Source: an uncultured Solirubrobacterales bacterium (GTDB lineage: Bacteria; Actinomycetota; Thermoleophilia; Solirubrobacterales; Thermoleophilaceae). From it: a stretch of DNA of 46,159 nt. The translations under genes were made by a program, and so were the position numbers. The DNA is taken from contig CADCVU010000211.1 of assembly GCA_902806245.1 (NCBI GenBank), forward strand, positions 1-46,159. Reading direction: 5' to 3'. Shown here piece by piece: positions 1-7,567 of the stretch; position 1 is the stretch's first letter, and each line of letters begins with the position of its first letter. The notes under the pieces are model-generated. The model saw nothing but the letters and a program-made list of their open reading frames with translations, was not told the DNA's origin and ran no database searches.

Positions 1-301
1 CAGGCCCCAGCGGAGGAGGGCCCGAGAGCAGGGCGTCCTGCAGGGCGCGTTCCTGCTCGCCGATGGCGGCGGCGATAACGCTCGCCTTGTCGCCGAAGCG
101 CCGGTAGACGGTGCCGATTCCCACGCCGGCCGCGGCGGCGATGTCGCGCACATCGACATTCTCGACGCCCCGGTCGCGGAACAGGGCGCTGGCGGCGTCG
201 ACGATCGCCGTCTCGTTGCGCGAGGCCGCCTCGCGTTGACGGCGCCAGGCGCCGGGCGCGTTGGGGGCGAGGGGGAGTTCATGGTCGATCACGGTGGTCA
301 C
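1..301 (-). CDS. TetR/AcrR-family transcriptional regulator, N-terminal HTH part (C-terminus lies outside the window)
   Basis: Reverse-strand translation from GTG at 301 gives VTTVIDHELPLAPNAPGAWRRQREAASRNETAIVDAASALFRDRGVENVDVRDIAAAAGVGIGTVYRRFGDKASVIAAAIGEQ..., a classic TetR helix-turn-helix. It is absent from the ORF track because it runs off the window edge. Confidence 0.8.
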   Translation of the reverse strand, partial: MTTVIDHELPLAPNAPGAWRRQREAASRNETAIVDAASALFRDRGVENVDVRDIAAAAGVGIGTVYRRFGDKASVIAAAIGEQERALQDALLSGPPPLGP

Positions 302-320
302 GAACCCTCCCAGAGCAGCG

Positions 321-378
321 GAGCGGAGGCCTCCGATCGAGCGGTGGAGGCTTCCAACGAGCGGTGGAGGCCTCCGAA
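321..378. repeat. three tandem 18-20-bp units GAGCGG(T)GGAGGC(C/T)TCC.. in the TetR/YceI intergenic region
   Basis: Units are at 321-338 (gagcggaggcctccgatc), 339-358 (gagcggtggaggcttccaac) and 359-378 (gagcggtggaggcctccgaa). A fourth GAGCGG half-unit sits at 399-404. Units 1 and 3 contain the palindrome GGAGGCCTCC. Confidence 0.7.
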
Positions 379-401
379 TGCCTCTCAGCATACCCGGTGA
401 G

Positions 402-447
402 CGGAACGTGTTCCGGGAGGGTGCTACTGTGGCCGGAACACGTTCCG
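402..447. promoter_or_regulatory. pair of 14-bp inverted-repeat sites CGGAAC-NN-GTTCCG (candidate TetR operators)
   Basis: cggaacgtgttccg at 402-415 and its exact reverse complement cggaacacgttccg at 434-447 are 32 bp apart centre to centre. They lie between the divergent TetR gene (start 301) and the YceI-like gene (GGAGG 460-464, ATG 472). Confidence 0.5.
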
Positions 448-471
448 TACCCATCGATCGGAGGCAGCACC

Positions 472-1004
472 ATGGCCACAGCGACCCAGGTATTCGAAGG
501 CGTCTTCGAAGGAGACGTCGATCACTCGTCTTCGAAGCCGGCACGCGCCACATGGGCGTCGGCTCGTTCCGCGCCCGGTTCGAGGACGTCTCGGCGCGGC
601 TGACCGCCGCCGAGGGCGCGCTGCGCCTGGAGGGAAGCGCCCGCGTCGAGTCGATATCGATCCGCAACCCGCCGGAGTTCCGTGAGCACGTCGTCAACGG
701 CGAAGACTGGTTCGACTCCGGCCGCTACCCGGAGATCCGGTTTGCGAGCGACCACGTAAGGGTCGGCGACGACGGCACACTCGAGTTGACCGGCGAGTTG
801 ACGATCAAGGACGTCACCCAGCCGATCACCGCGACCGGCACCCACCGTCCGCCGACCGACGACCCGTACGGCAACGTCCGTATCGCCGTGGACCTCAGCA
901 GCACGATTGACCGCCGCGACTTCGACCTGAGGTCGCAGGCCGTCCTGCCGAAAGGGGGCAACGTCCTCGAATGGGACGTCGCGATCGATGTGCCCTCGAA
1001 CTAA
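472..1004 (+). CDS. YceI-like (polyisoprenoid-binding) protein with an apparent frameshift near 523-531
   Basis: ATG 472 with an RBS gives MATATQVFEGVFEGDVDHS in the frame where position mod 3 = 1. The YceI signature continues in the mod-0 frame as VFEAGTRHMGVGSFRARFEDV...TGELTIKDVTQPITATG... to TAA 1002-1004. H..(9)..RH spacing fits a single missing nucleotide just after cac 523-525. Confidence 0.7.
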
Positions 1005-1017
1005 TCAAGGCCTAGCC

Positions 1018-1574
1018 ATGCGGGTGCTCGCCGTCGCCGGAAGCATCCGGCCCGGCTCGTACAACCCGATGCTTATCGGTGCCGCTGCGGGCCTGCTCGC
1101 GCCCCGCGCCGAGATTACGGTCTGGGACGGCCTGGCCGCCGTCCCGGCATACGGCGAACACCTCGACGGCCCGCGCCCTCCGCGAGCGGTGCGCGAGCTC
1201 CGCCAAGCCATCCGAGAGGCCGACGCGCTACTCATCGCTACGCCCGGATACAACGCCTCGCCGCCCGGCGCGCTGAAGAACGCGCTCGACTGGGCCTCGC
1301 GCCCATACCCGGACAACGCTCTACGGAGCAAGCCGGCCGCCGTCATCGGCGCATCGACCGGCCTGTTCGGCGCCGTGTGGGCGCAGGCTGAGCTGCGCAA
1401 GGTCCTGAGCACCGCCGGCGCGCATGTCCTCGACGACGAGCTGCCCGTCGGCGAGGCGGACGGGGCCTTCGACACCGACGGCGAGCTCTCGACTCCGAGC
1501 TGTCCGCCCGGCTGTCCGATCTCCTCGACCACCTCGCGCTCGAGACGCTCGTGCCCGCCCACCAGGCGTACTAG
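1018..1574 (+). CDS. NADPH-dependent FMN reductase family protein with an apparent frameshift near 1488-1491
   Basis: MRVLAVAGSIRPGSYN...LLIATPGYNASPPGALKNALDWASRP matches the FMN_red fold. After ...DTDGELS the listed frame runs on into the rhodanese gene (to 1749). The adjacent frame reads DSELSARLSDLLDHLALETLVPAHQAY and stops at TAG 1572-1574, which is the expected C-terminal helix. Confidence 0.7.
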
Positions 1575-1606
1575 CCATCAACAACAAGCGAAGGAGCAAC
1601 TCACTC

Positions 1607-1942
1607 ATGGCCAAAACGATCACCCGCGACGAGCTCACTGCCGTCATCGACGCCGGCGCGGTCACCGTCATCGAGACGCTGCGCGACGAGCACTACGCCC
1701 AGGGCCACCTGCCCGGTGCGATCCACATCCACTTCGAAGCGGTTGCTGACAAGGCCCCCGAACTGCTTCCAGACAAGGACGCCGCCATCGTCACCTACTG
1801 CTCGAACACCGCCTGCCGCAACAGCGAAGCTGCGGCCAACCAGCTCACCGCGACGGGCTACACCAACGTTCGCAAGTACGCCGAAGGCAAGCAGGACTGG
1901 GAGGAAGCCGGTCTGCCCCTCGGAATCGGCGCGACGACGTAG
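1607..1942 (+). CDS. rhodanese-domain sulfurtransferase (single domain)
   Basis: AAGGAG at 1591-1596 precedes ATG 1607. Translation is MAKTITRDELTAVIDAGAVTVIETLRDEHYAQGHLPGAIHIH...IVTYCSNTACRNSEAAANQL, with the active-site loop CxxxxxR. Confidence 0.8.
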   Translation: MAKTITRDELTAVIDAGAVTVIETLRDEHYAQGHLPGAIHIHFEAVADKAPELLPDKDAAIVTYCSNTACRNSEAAANQLTATGYTNVRKYAEGKQDWEEAGLPLGIGATT

Positions 1943-2014
1943 TCGCGGCGCGCTCCATGGCAAGAGAGCAAGCCATGGACGGCCTGGCCGCGATGCGGCA
2001 TTCGGTCGTCGAGC

Positions 2015-2245
2015 TCAACGCCCTCCGTCCGATCCGCCAAGAAGGGTTCGTCTCCCGCCAGTTACTGAGGCCTGTACTTCTCGCGGCGGAACTGGAGACG
2101 TTTTGAGGTACGCCAAAGCGCCGAGCGCGGCCCCAACTACCGGACCGGCGACGTAGACCCAGAAGGCCGCCCATTCCCCAGCGGCCAAGGCGGGCCCGAG
2201 CGAACGCGCGGGGTTCATCGAGGCGCCCGTCCCGGCCCCCCAAAC
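2015..2245 (-). pseudogene. MIP/aquaporin C-terminal remnant (second NPA box to C-terminus only)
   Basis: Reverse translation gives ..[47 protein letters not shown].., which is the NPAR box plus the last transmembrane helix of aquaporin/GlpF. Nothing upstream of about 2245 resembles the missing N-terminal ~170 aa. Confidence 0.6.
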
Positions 2246-2403
2246 ATGGCGTCGAGCGCGGCCTCGGAGAGCTCGAAGTGGCGCCCAGCGCCTGGCCGCG
2301 GGGCTGGCTGGCGTGGCGGCCCGGCTCGCGGACTTCGTCGCGCAGCCGCTCGGGCTTCGGAGGTCGCCAACCGGCCGCCTCCGCGCAGCGCCCAGGGCGT
2401 CAC

Positions 2404-2425
2404 GGTAACCACTGGGTCACACCCT
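2404..2425 (+). promoter_or_regulatory. PHO-box-like pair of 11-nt direct repeats upstream of phoD copy 1
   Basis: gGTAACCactg gGTCACAccct. The hexamers sit at 2405 and 2416, exactly 11 nt apart, 30 nt upstream of ATG 2455. The same TCACA-type core occurs upstream of pstS and the NPP gene. Confidence 0.35.
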
Positions 2426-2454
2426 CGGGGCGACAGAGTGCGAGGCTCGGCTCC

Positions 2455-4116
2455 ATGAGCCCTCTCGATCGACGCAACTTCCTCACCGGTGCCGTCGCGG
2501 GCGCCGGCGCCATCGCGATCGGTGGCGAGCCCTCCGGTGCCGCCGCACGTGCCCGCAACCAGGCCGCGATCATCCAACAGAACGGCGGCGGGGCCTCTGG
2601 GATCCCGCGGGCGGGCGAGGTCCTGTTCAGCCAGGGGGTGGCCTCGGGCCAGTCCACGCCGCGCGGCATCACGCTCTGGACCCTCGCCGCGGGCATCGAG
2701 CGCGACTCGCGCCTCGAGCTCGAGGTCGCGCGCGACGCGGGCTTCCGCAGGGTCATTCTGCGCCGCGACGTCGTCGCCAGAAAGGACGAGGCTCGAACGG
2801 TTCACGCCCGGATCGACGGCGGGCCGCTCCGCCCGGGGGAGCAGTACTTCTACCGCTTCTCATCCCGCTCCTCAGACAGCGAGGTGGGTCGCTTCCGAAC
2901 CGCGCTGCCGCCGGACTCGCGCCAGCCGGTACGCATCGGCTTCTTCTCATGCCAGGCCTACGACGCGGGCTACTACACGGCGCACGTCGGACTGGCGGCT
3001 GAGGACGACCTCGATCTGGTCGTCTGTCTCGGGGATTACATCTACGAGCGCTCCTTCTACGACGACGGCCCTCGCAACGACCGCCTCGGGCCCAACAAGG
3101 ACGGCGAGGTCGAGAGCGTCGGCGGCTACCGGGCCAAGTACGGGCTCTACCACTCCGACGCGAACCTGCGGCGCATGCGGGCCAGCCACCCGATGATGGC
3201 CGTCTGGGACGATCACGAGGTCGAGGACAACTACGCGGCTCACCGGCCCGGCGAGGCCACGCTCGACCGCGACCGGTCCTTCCGGCAGCGTCGACGGGCC
3301 GCCTACCAGACCTTCTTTGAGCACATGCCCCGGATCCGCATGCGCCGAGATCCCGACCGCATCTACGGAAAGCTGCGCTTCGGGCGCAACGCCGAAATTC
3401 TCCTGCTCGACGAGCGTCAGTACCGCGACGACCAGCCGTGCGGCGACCAGGTCGGCACTGCGAACTGCCCCGAGGCCTTCGCCAAGGACCGGACGATGCT
3501 CGGCGATGCGCAGCGCGGATGGCTGAAGCGCTCGCTGCGGGACTCGCGCGCCACCTGGAAGATCATCGGCAACCAGGACATGTTCATGGCCCTCGACACG
3601 CCGGCCGGGAACCCCATCAATCCCGATCAATGGGACGGCTACAAGGCCGAGCGCCGAGAGCTCATGAACTTCGTTCGCGCGAAGGGCATCGAGAACGTCT
3701 CGCTGATCACCGGCGACATCCACACTTTCTTTGCGGGGAATGTGACGCCCTCGGGGCGCGAGCCGGACCTGAACGGTGCGGTTGCGACGGAGTTCGTGGG
3801 CGGCGCGATCACCTCGGAGGGCATCGCCGACTCGACCGCTCGCGAGCCGCTCGAGCGTGAGGAGCGTTTGGTGTTGGCGAAGCTGAGCGACTCCGGCGTG
3901 CGGGCCAACAACCCGCACATCAAGTACTCGAACCAGGAGTTCAAGGGGTACGGGGTGCTCGAGGCGCGGCGGGACGAGCTGCGCGTCGACTTCCGCGCGG
4001 TGCGCAACACGAAAACGCGCAGGAGCCAGGTCTTCACCCTTCAGCGCTTTCGGGTAAGGCGCGGGCGCCCCCAGGTCGAGGTGCTCGGTCCGCCGCTCGG
4101 GAGCTTTCCGAACTAG
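2455..4116 (+). CDS. phoD: alkaline phosphatase D family (PhoD), Tat-secreted, intact copy
   Basis: MSPLDRRNFLTGAVAGAGAIAIGG is a twin-arginine signal. PhoD motifs follow: GVASGQSTPRGITLWT, FFSCQAYDAGYY, CLGDYIYE, WDDHEVEDNYA, GDIHTFFAG. The listed ORF 2278-4116 is trimmed to the ATG preceding the Tat signal. Confidence 0.9.
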   Translation: MSPLDRRNFLTGAVAGAGAIAIGGEPSGAAARARNQAAIIQQNGGGASGIPRAGEVLFSQGVASGQSTPRGITLWTLAAGIERDSRLELEVARDAGFRRVILRRDVVARKDEARTVHARIDGGPLRPGEQYFYRFSSRSSDSEVGRFRTALPPDSRQPVRIGFFSCQAYDAGYYTAHVGLAAEDDLDLVVCLGDYIYERSFYDDGPRNDRLGPNKDGEVESVGGYRAKYGLYHSDANLRRMRASHPMMAVWDDHEVEDNYAAHRPGEATLDRDRSFRQRRRAAYQTFFEHMPRIRMRRDPDRIYGKLRFGRNAEILLLDERQYRDDQPCGDQVGTANCPEAFAKDRTMLGDAQRGWLKRSLRDSRATWKIIGNQDMFMALDTPAGNPINPDQWDGYKAERRELMNFVRAKGIENVSLITGDIHTFFAGNVTPSGREPDLNGAVATEFVGGAITSEGIADSTAREPLEREERLVLAKLSDSGVRANNPHIKYSNQEFKGYGVLEARRDELRVDFRAVRNTKTRRSQVFTLQRFRVRRGRPQVEVLGPPLGSFPN

Positions 4117-4380
4117 GCTCTGAGTAGATCGCCGAGGGGTGCGCGGCCCCCGGCGCCAAAGTCCGCCGGTGAGTTCAGTGACGCTGGCGCCGCCGACGCT
4201 GTCCGGGGGAGAACAGCGGCCTACGGGAACGCAATTCCAGAGTAGACGGCGAAGCTGTGAGCCTCATGCCAGATGCGCCCCCTCACGGGCTGGGAGGGCT
4301 CCTGTTCACGACGGCCCGATCTGACCGGGGCAGCGGCTGGCCTGCTTAAGCGCCGTTCCGTGCACCGGTCGACGCCTATG

Positions 4381-4420
4381 TCTCCGAGCTCACGGAAGGC
4401 CTTCCGCCGCCACAGAATCG
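4381..4420. repeat. copy 1 of a 40-nt dispersed repeat
   Basis: tctccgagctcacggaaggccttccgccgccacagaatcg matches 4967-5006 at 35/40 positions. Weaker similarity extends about 15 nt further upstream. Confidence 0.8.
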
Positions 4421-4525
4421 ATGCCCGCGGGCGTGGGCCAGTCAAGCCGACCGGGGCGGAGGAAGAGCCTCAGGCGCCCCGCGTTGTGCAAGGATCGCGC
4501 TGTGTCGGACGCCGCTGCGCGCGGA

Positions 4526-4876
4526 ATGGCGGGGATAGGTGCAACAGTCGCCGTAGGGGCAGGCTTGGCGCCTCGCGCTTTCCTGCGGCTCTTCGGGATC
4601 GCCCGCCGTGACGTTACGGGCGCGACGGCGTTCGGTTGGCGGCTGTTCGCGGTGCGGACCGCTTACCTCAGCGCGTTAGCCGCTCGCGGTGACCAGACGG
4701 CCCGCAACGCCTTCTTGCCGGTGCAGGCCCTGGACCAGATCGTCTTCTGGCACGCCTTCTTCGACCGCTCGGTACCGCGTCGTGCAGCAGTCATGGCGGC
4801 GAGTGCGTCCGCGGCCATCATCGCCCTCGACCTGAAGCGTCGAGCAGGCATGCACCACCAGAAGCCATTGCCCTGA
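4526..4876 (+). CDS. small hydrophobic protein (DUF4267-like?), atypical codon usage
   Basis: MAGIGATVAVGAGLAPRAFLRLFGIARRDVTGATAFGWRLFAVRTAYLSALAARGD...AAVMAASASAAIIALDL. Third codon positions are less GC-biased than in neighbouring genes. An alternative GTG start is at 4502. The family call is tentative. Confidence 0.45.
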   Translation: MAGIGATVAVGAGLAPRAFLRLFGIARRDVTGATAFGWRLFAVRTAYLSALAARGDQTARNAFLPVQALDQIVFWHAFFDRSVPRRAAVMAASASAAIIALDLKRRAGMHHQKPLP

Positions 4877-4966
4877 GTAGCCGCGCGCGAGGGCGTGCGT
4901 CGAACGCGTTCGCGGGCTTTGTTACTTCGATCCAACCAGGTGTCGTACCTCGAGATCTCTCCGAGC

Positions 4967-5006
4967 TCACCGACGGTCTTCCGTCGTCACAGAATCGGCT
5001 GACGCG
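4967..5006. repeat. copy 2 of the 40-nt dispersed repeat
   Basis: tctccgagctcaccgacggtcttccgtcgtcacagaatcg lies 586 bp downstream of copy 1. The two copies bracket the small ORF 4526-4876. Confidence 0.8.
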
Positions 5007-5146
5007 GTCACCGGACCGCCCGCCCTTCGCGGAGTTCTAGAAAGGTCTCGCGCGCGCGGGTAACAACGGCTGTTCACAGTCGCAGGTATTCGCACACCGC
5101 TGCTGGTCTCGTGGTGGAAGCAGTGTGGAAGCGACAAACGGCAGCG

Positions 5147-5219
5147 GACGGCAGCAGAATCTCCCGCGCGCGCTCCACAACCGCCGTTCTCGCCCGCGTC
5201 GGTTACAGACGGCAGCAGA
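5147..5219. repeat. 12-bp direct repeat GACGGCAGCAGA x2 (plus a partial AACGGCAGCGG at 5137-5147) just upstream of the tRNA-Val fragment
   Basis: gacggcagcaga occurs at 5147-5158 and 5208-5219, 61 bp apart. The region is non-coding. Confidence 0.7.
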
Positions 5220-5230
5220 TGGCAGTAGGT

Positions 5231-5281
5231 CGCGCCCGCCTTACAAGCAGGAGGTCACTGGTTCGAGCCCAGTACCGCCCA
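5231..5281 (+). pseudogene. tRNA-Val(TAC)-like 3' fragment / degenerate tRNA
   Basis: cgcg-CCCGC-CTTACAA-GCAGG-AGGTC-ACTGG-TTCGAGC-CCAGT-ACCGCCC-A. This gives an anticodon arm with one C-A mismatch, a 5-nt variable loop, a perfect T arm and the 3' acceptor strand. The upstream candidate 5' acceptor cgtcggt (5197-5203) pairs at only 5 of 7 positions, and the D-arm region is about 10 nt too long with no D stem. Confidence 0.6.
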
Positions 5282-5313
5282 CTCGGAGGGCCCGCACCAA
5301 GTCGGCGACCGGC

Positions 5314-6837
5314 TCACGGGGGCGCGGCGGCGCGCCGGTAGATGAACAGGTGGTAGCGGCAGCCCGTCCCGCGCCCGCGCGCGACTTCGGCCAGCTCGAA
5401 GCCGCGTGGACGAGAGGTCCGGGCCAACCGCCGGTCGATGGCGTACCGACCCTTGAAGCGCGTCGGGTTGCGGCTGACCAGGATCAAGACGTCCGGTCGT
5501 CGCCCGTAGACGTAGTTCACTCGGCGAGAGACCGGCAGGGGGCCGGTGCGCTGGATCAGCGCCTCGTTGAGCAGCAGCTGATCGATGGCGGTTCGACCGC
5601 CGGATTGGGCGGGGACCAGCCCGGCGTCGGAGATCGAGAACACGGCGTCCTGCGGCGTGTTGGCGCGCAGCCAGCGAGCGGCGTCGACGCGTGCGCCCTG
5701 CTGGCACGTCGAGTAGCGGACCACCGGATCCGGTCGCAGGAGGCGCGAGTCCCGCAAGGGCAGCGATACGGCCACGAGGAGGAGGACGGTGGCCGCGATC
5801 GCGGCCGGCGCGACCAGCCGGCCCAATCGATGAACGGCGAACGCGACGGCCAGGCCGACCAGCAGCGCCAGCTGCGGCCAGGTGGGCAGGAAGAACCGGC
5901 TGAGCCCGTTGACGCTGTCGAGCGTCCCGATCGAGCCGAGCGCGTAGATCGCACAGGGCACGATGAGCACTCGCTGGCGACCGCGGGCGACCACCAGGCC
6001 GAGCAGCGCGACGAGCAGGACCGGCTTGCCCTGCTCGACGAACTTCATGAGCACGTCGTAGGTCTGATCCGAGCCGCTCTTGTAGATCGCCGAGTTCGGC
6101 AGCAGGTGACCGTAGATCGCGAGCCGCAGGGTCTCGAGCACGACCTGGGAGACGACCGGCAGGCCGGCGACGAGGGCCAGGCGCACCAACCCGGCGCGCC
6201 GATCCTTCCGCACGAGGCCCGCCGCCTCCGCGACCACGGCGACGCCGAGCGCGACCGCAAGTCCCTCCGGACGAAGCCAGGGAAGAGTCGCGAGCACCAG
6301 GCCCGCGCTCAGCACGTGATGGCGGCCAGGATCTGACCTGGCGAGGAGGAGGACGGCCACCGTCGTCGCGAGCGCCATCGGCAGGGTCTCGAGGCCGCCC
6401 ACCGCCCACAGTGCGAGGGGGGCGTAGAGCGCAGTCAGGGTGAGGCCGACCCGGGTGGCGGTGCGACCGACGACCGAAGGCGCCAACCGGTGCATCGCGA
6501 GCAGAAGGCCCACGCCCGACGCAACTCCGATGACCCGGGCCGTCCCGATGGCCGAGGCACCGACCAGGTGCGCCAGCGCCTCGGCGAGGAAGATCAGCGG
6601 ATGGCTGAAGCCCTCCGTCGGCTCACCGCCGGGATTCCATACGAACCCGTATCCATTCGCGAGGTTTTCGGCGTATCGGACGGTGATCCACGCGTCGTCG
6701 GTCACGAAGCTGCGCAGGTACCAGGCCGCCCCCACGAAGACCACGACCGAGGCGGTCAACCACGCCCAGTCGAGACGCATCCATGCGCGCACGCGCTGGC
6801 GCCGTGAGCTACGGGTGGCGATCGTGCTGTATTCCAC
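5314..6837 (-). CDS. large polytopic membrane protein, GT-C-type glycosyltransferase candidate
   Basis: 507-aa ORF. The N-terminal motif DDAWITVRYAENLANGYGFVWNPGGEPTEGFSHPL is followed by about 10 hydrophobic segments and a soluble C-terminal ~130 aa. The family is assigned from memory of similar motifs in polyprenyl-phosphate-dependent glycosyltransferases and is unverified. Confidence 0.6.
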   Translation of the reverse strand: MEYSTIATRSSRRQRVRAWMRLDWAWLTASVVVFVGAAWYLRSFVTDDAWITVRYAENLANGYGFVWNPGGEPTEGFSHPLIFLAEALAHLVGASAIGTARVIGVASGVGLLLAMHRLAPSVVGRTATRVGLTLTALYAPLALWAVGGLETLPMALATTVAVLLLARSDPGRHHVLSAGLVLATLPWLRPEGLAVALGVAVVAEAAGLVRKDRRAGLVRLALVAGLPVVSQVVLETLRLAIYGHLLPNSAIYKSGSDQTYDVLMKFVEQGKPVLLVALLGLVVARGRQRVLIVPCAIYALGSIGTLDSVNGLSRFFLPTWPQLALLVGLAVAFAVHRLGRLVAPAAIAATVLLLVAVSLPLRDSRLLRPDPVVRYSTCQQGARVDAARWLRANTPQDAVFSISDAGLVPAQSGGRTAIDQLLLNEALIQRTGPLPVSRRVNYVYGRRPDVLILVSRNPTRFKGRYAIDRRLARTSRPRGFELAEVARGRGTGCRYHLFIYRRAAAPP

Positions 6838-6988
6838 GAGGGGTCAGCGAGCCTCCGAGGCCCTCGACGGAACGAGGGCCCCGGCCGGCGCCCACGGTCG
6901 ACGACGGCCAGGCCGGTTGTAGCGAAGTAAGCCGAGGGACTCGGGCAACGCGAAGCGCAACGCCCCGACACTATGACGGTTCTCGACC

Positions 6989-7183
6989 TCAGCTCGAGCG
7001 CCGCGAGCGATCACCAACGCTGTCCTGAGCGCCGGCTCCCGTCGAGACCCTGCCGCTGCCATGGCAACGCCGGCACAGACCGGCCCCGCCGCACACGCGG
7101 CATGTCTTGCCCGTCTCGGTCTTGCCGGCTCCTCTGCATCGGTGACACTTGCCCACGCCGAAGCAGAGCTCGCATCGCGCCAT
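6989..7183 (-). CDS. 64-aa DnaJ-type zinc-finger miniprotein (4 x CxxCxGxG)
   Basis: MARCELCFGVGKCHRCRGAGKTETGKTCRVCGGAGLCRRCHGSGRVSTGAG... contains four CxxCxGxG motifs: CELCFGVG, CHRCRGAG, CRVCGGAG, CRRCHGSG. A strong RBS GGGAGGGG lies 6 nt upstream of the ATG. Confidence 0.7.
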   Translation of the reverse strand: MARCELCFGVGKCHRCRGAGKTETGKTCRVCGGAGLCRRCHGSGRVSTGAGAQDSVGDRSRRSS

Positions 7184-7567
7184 TCGATTCCCCTCCCGTG
7201 GGTCCGAGGTCGTGGCGCGGCTCCAGCCGCTCGACCATTACCTGACTTTCGGTAGCGAGGACGGCGAGGTTGCGTCGAGGCCCGCGAAGCTGGCCGGATT
7301 GGCGCGGGGCGGAGCGCCGAAGGACCCCTCAGCGGCAGTTCGTCGTTCCCCGATCCGAGAAGGTCTTGCCGGCTCGGAACGAAGTTCGATCGGTAGCTGT
7401 TCGGCCGCAGGGTGACCTTAGGATCCCGAAGGTTCTGCGGCGCGAAGCGTTCGTAGGTGTGAAGCGGCGATGATGAAAGTACGCGAGCGTGCACCGACGC
7501 GCGTTGGCGCTGAGATCGGCTCGCAGCGGCGCCGAGCATACGCAGGGCGGAGCGAAGTCGTGCGCGG

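Noticed and set aside
321-378. Possible CRISPR-like array
   Set aside because: There are only three contiguous 18-20-bp units with no spacers and no cas genes. It is a simple tandem repeat in a promoter region.
988-1749. 253-aa version of the FMN reductase ORF
   Set aside because: After about residue 160 it becomes Ser/Arg/Pro-rich and runs through the rhodanese gene out of frame. The neighbouring frame gives a sensible C-terminal helix and a stop at 1574.
2215-2805. 196-aa minus-strand ORF, with a similar one at 40503-40904
   Set aside because: Both are antisense to the 5' ends of the two phoD copies. They resemble each other only because phoD is duplicated, and they have no independent motifs.
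4117-4525. Riboswitch or leader upstream of the small membrane ORF
   Set aside because: I compared the region by eye with core motifs of the TPP, cobalamin, SAM, glycine, ZTP, guanidine, fluoride and Mn (yybP) classes and found no convincing match. A covariance-model scan would be needed to exclude it.
5125-6409. 403-aa (+) and 384-aa (-) ORFs overlapping the GT-C-like gene
   Set aside because: They are Arg/Gly/Pro-rich translations without hydrophobic or catalytic motifs. The 507-aa frame (5314-6837) gives a coherent polytopic membrane protein.
7184-7567. Structured ncRNA (RNase P, 6S, SRP or c-di-AMP riboswitch) in the 385-bp lower-GC gap upstream of the zinc-finger gene
   Set aside because: Only imperfect hairpins are present (for example around 7340-7400). 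None of the invariant motifs of these RNA families was recognisable. An open frame on the minus strand has no start or RBS and no motifs.
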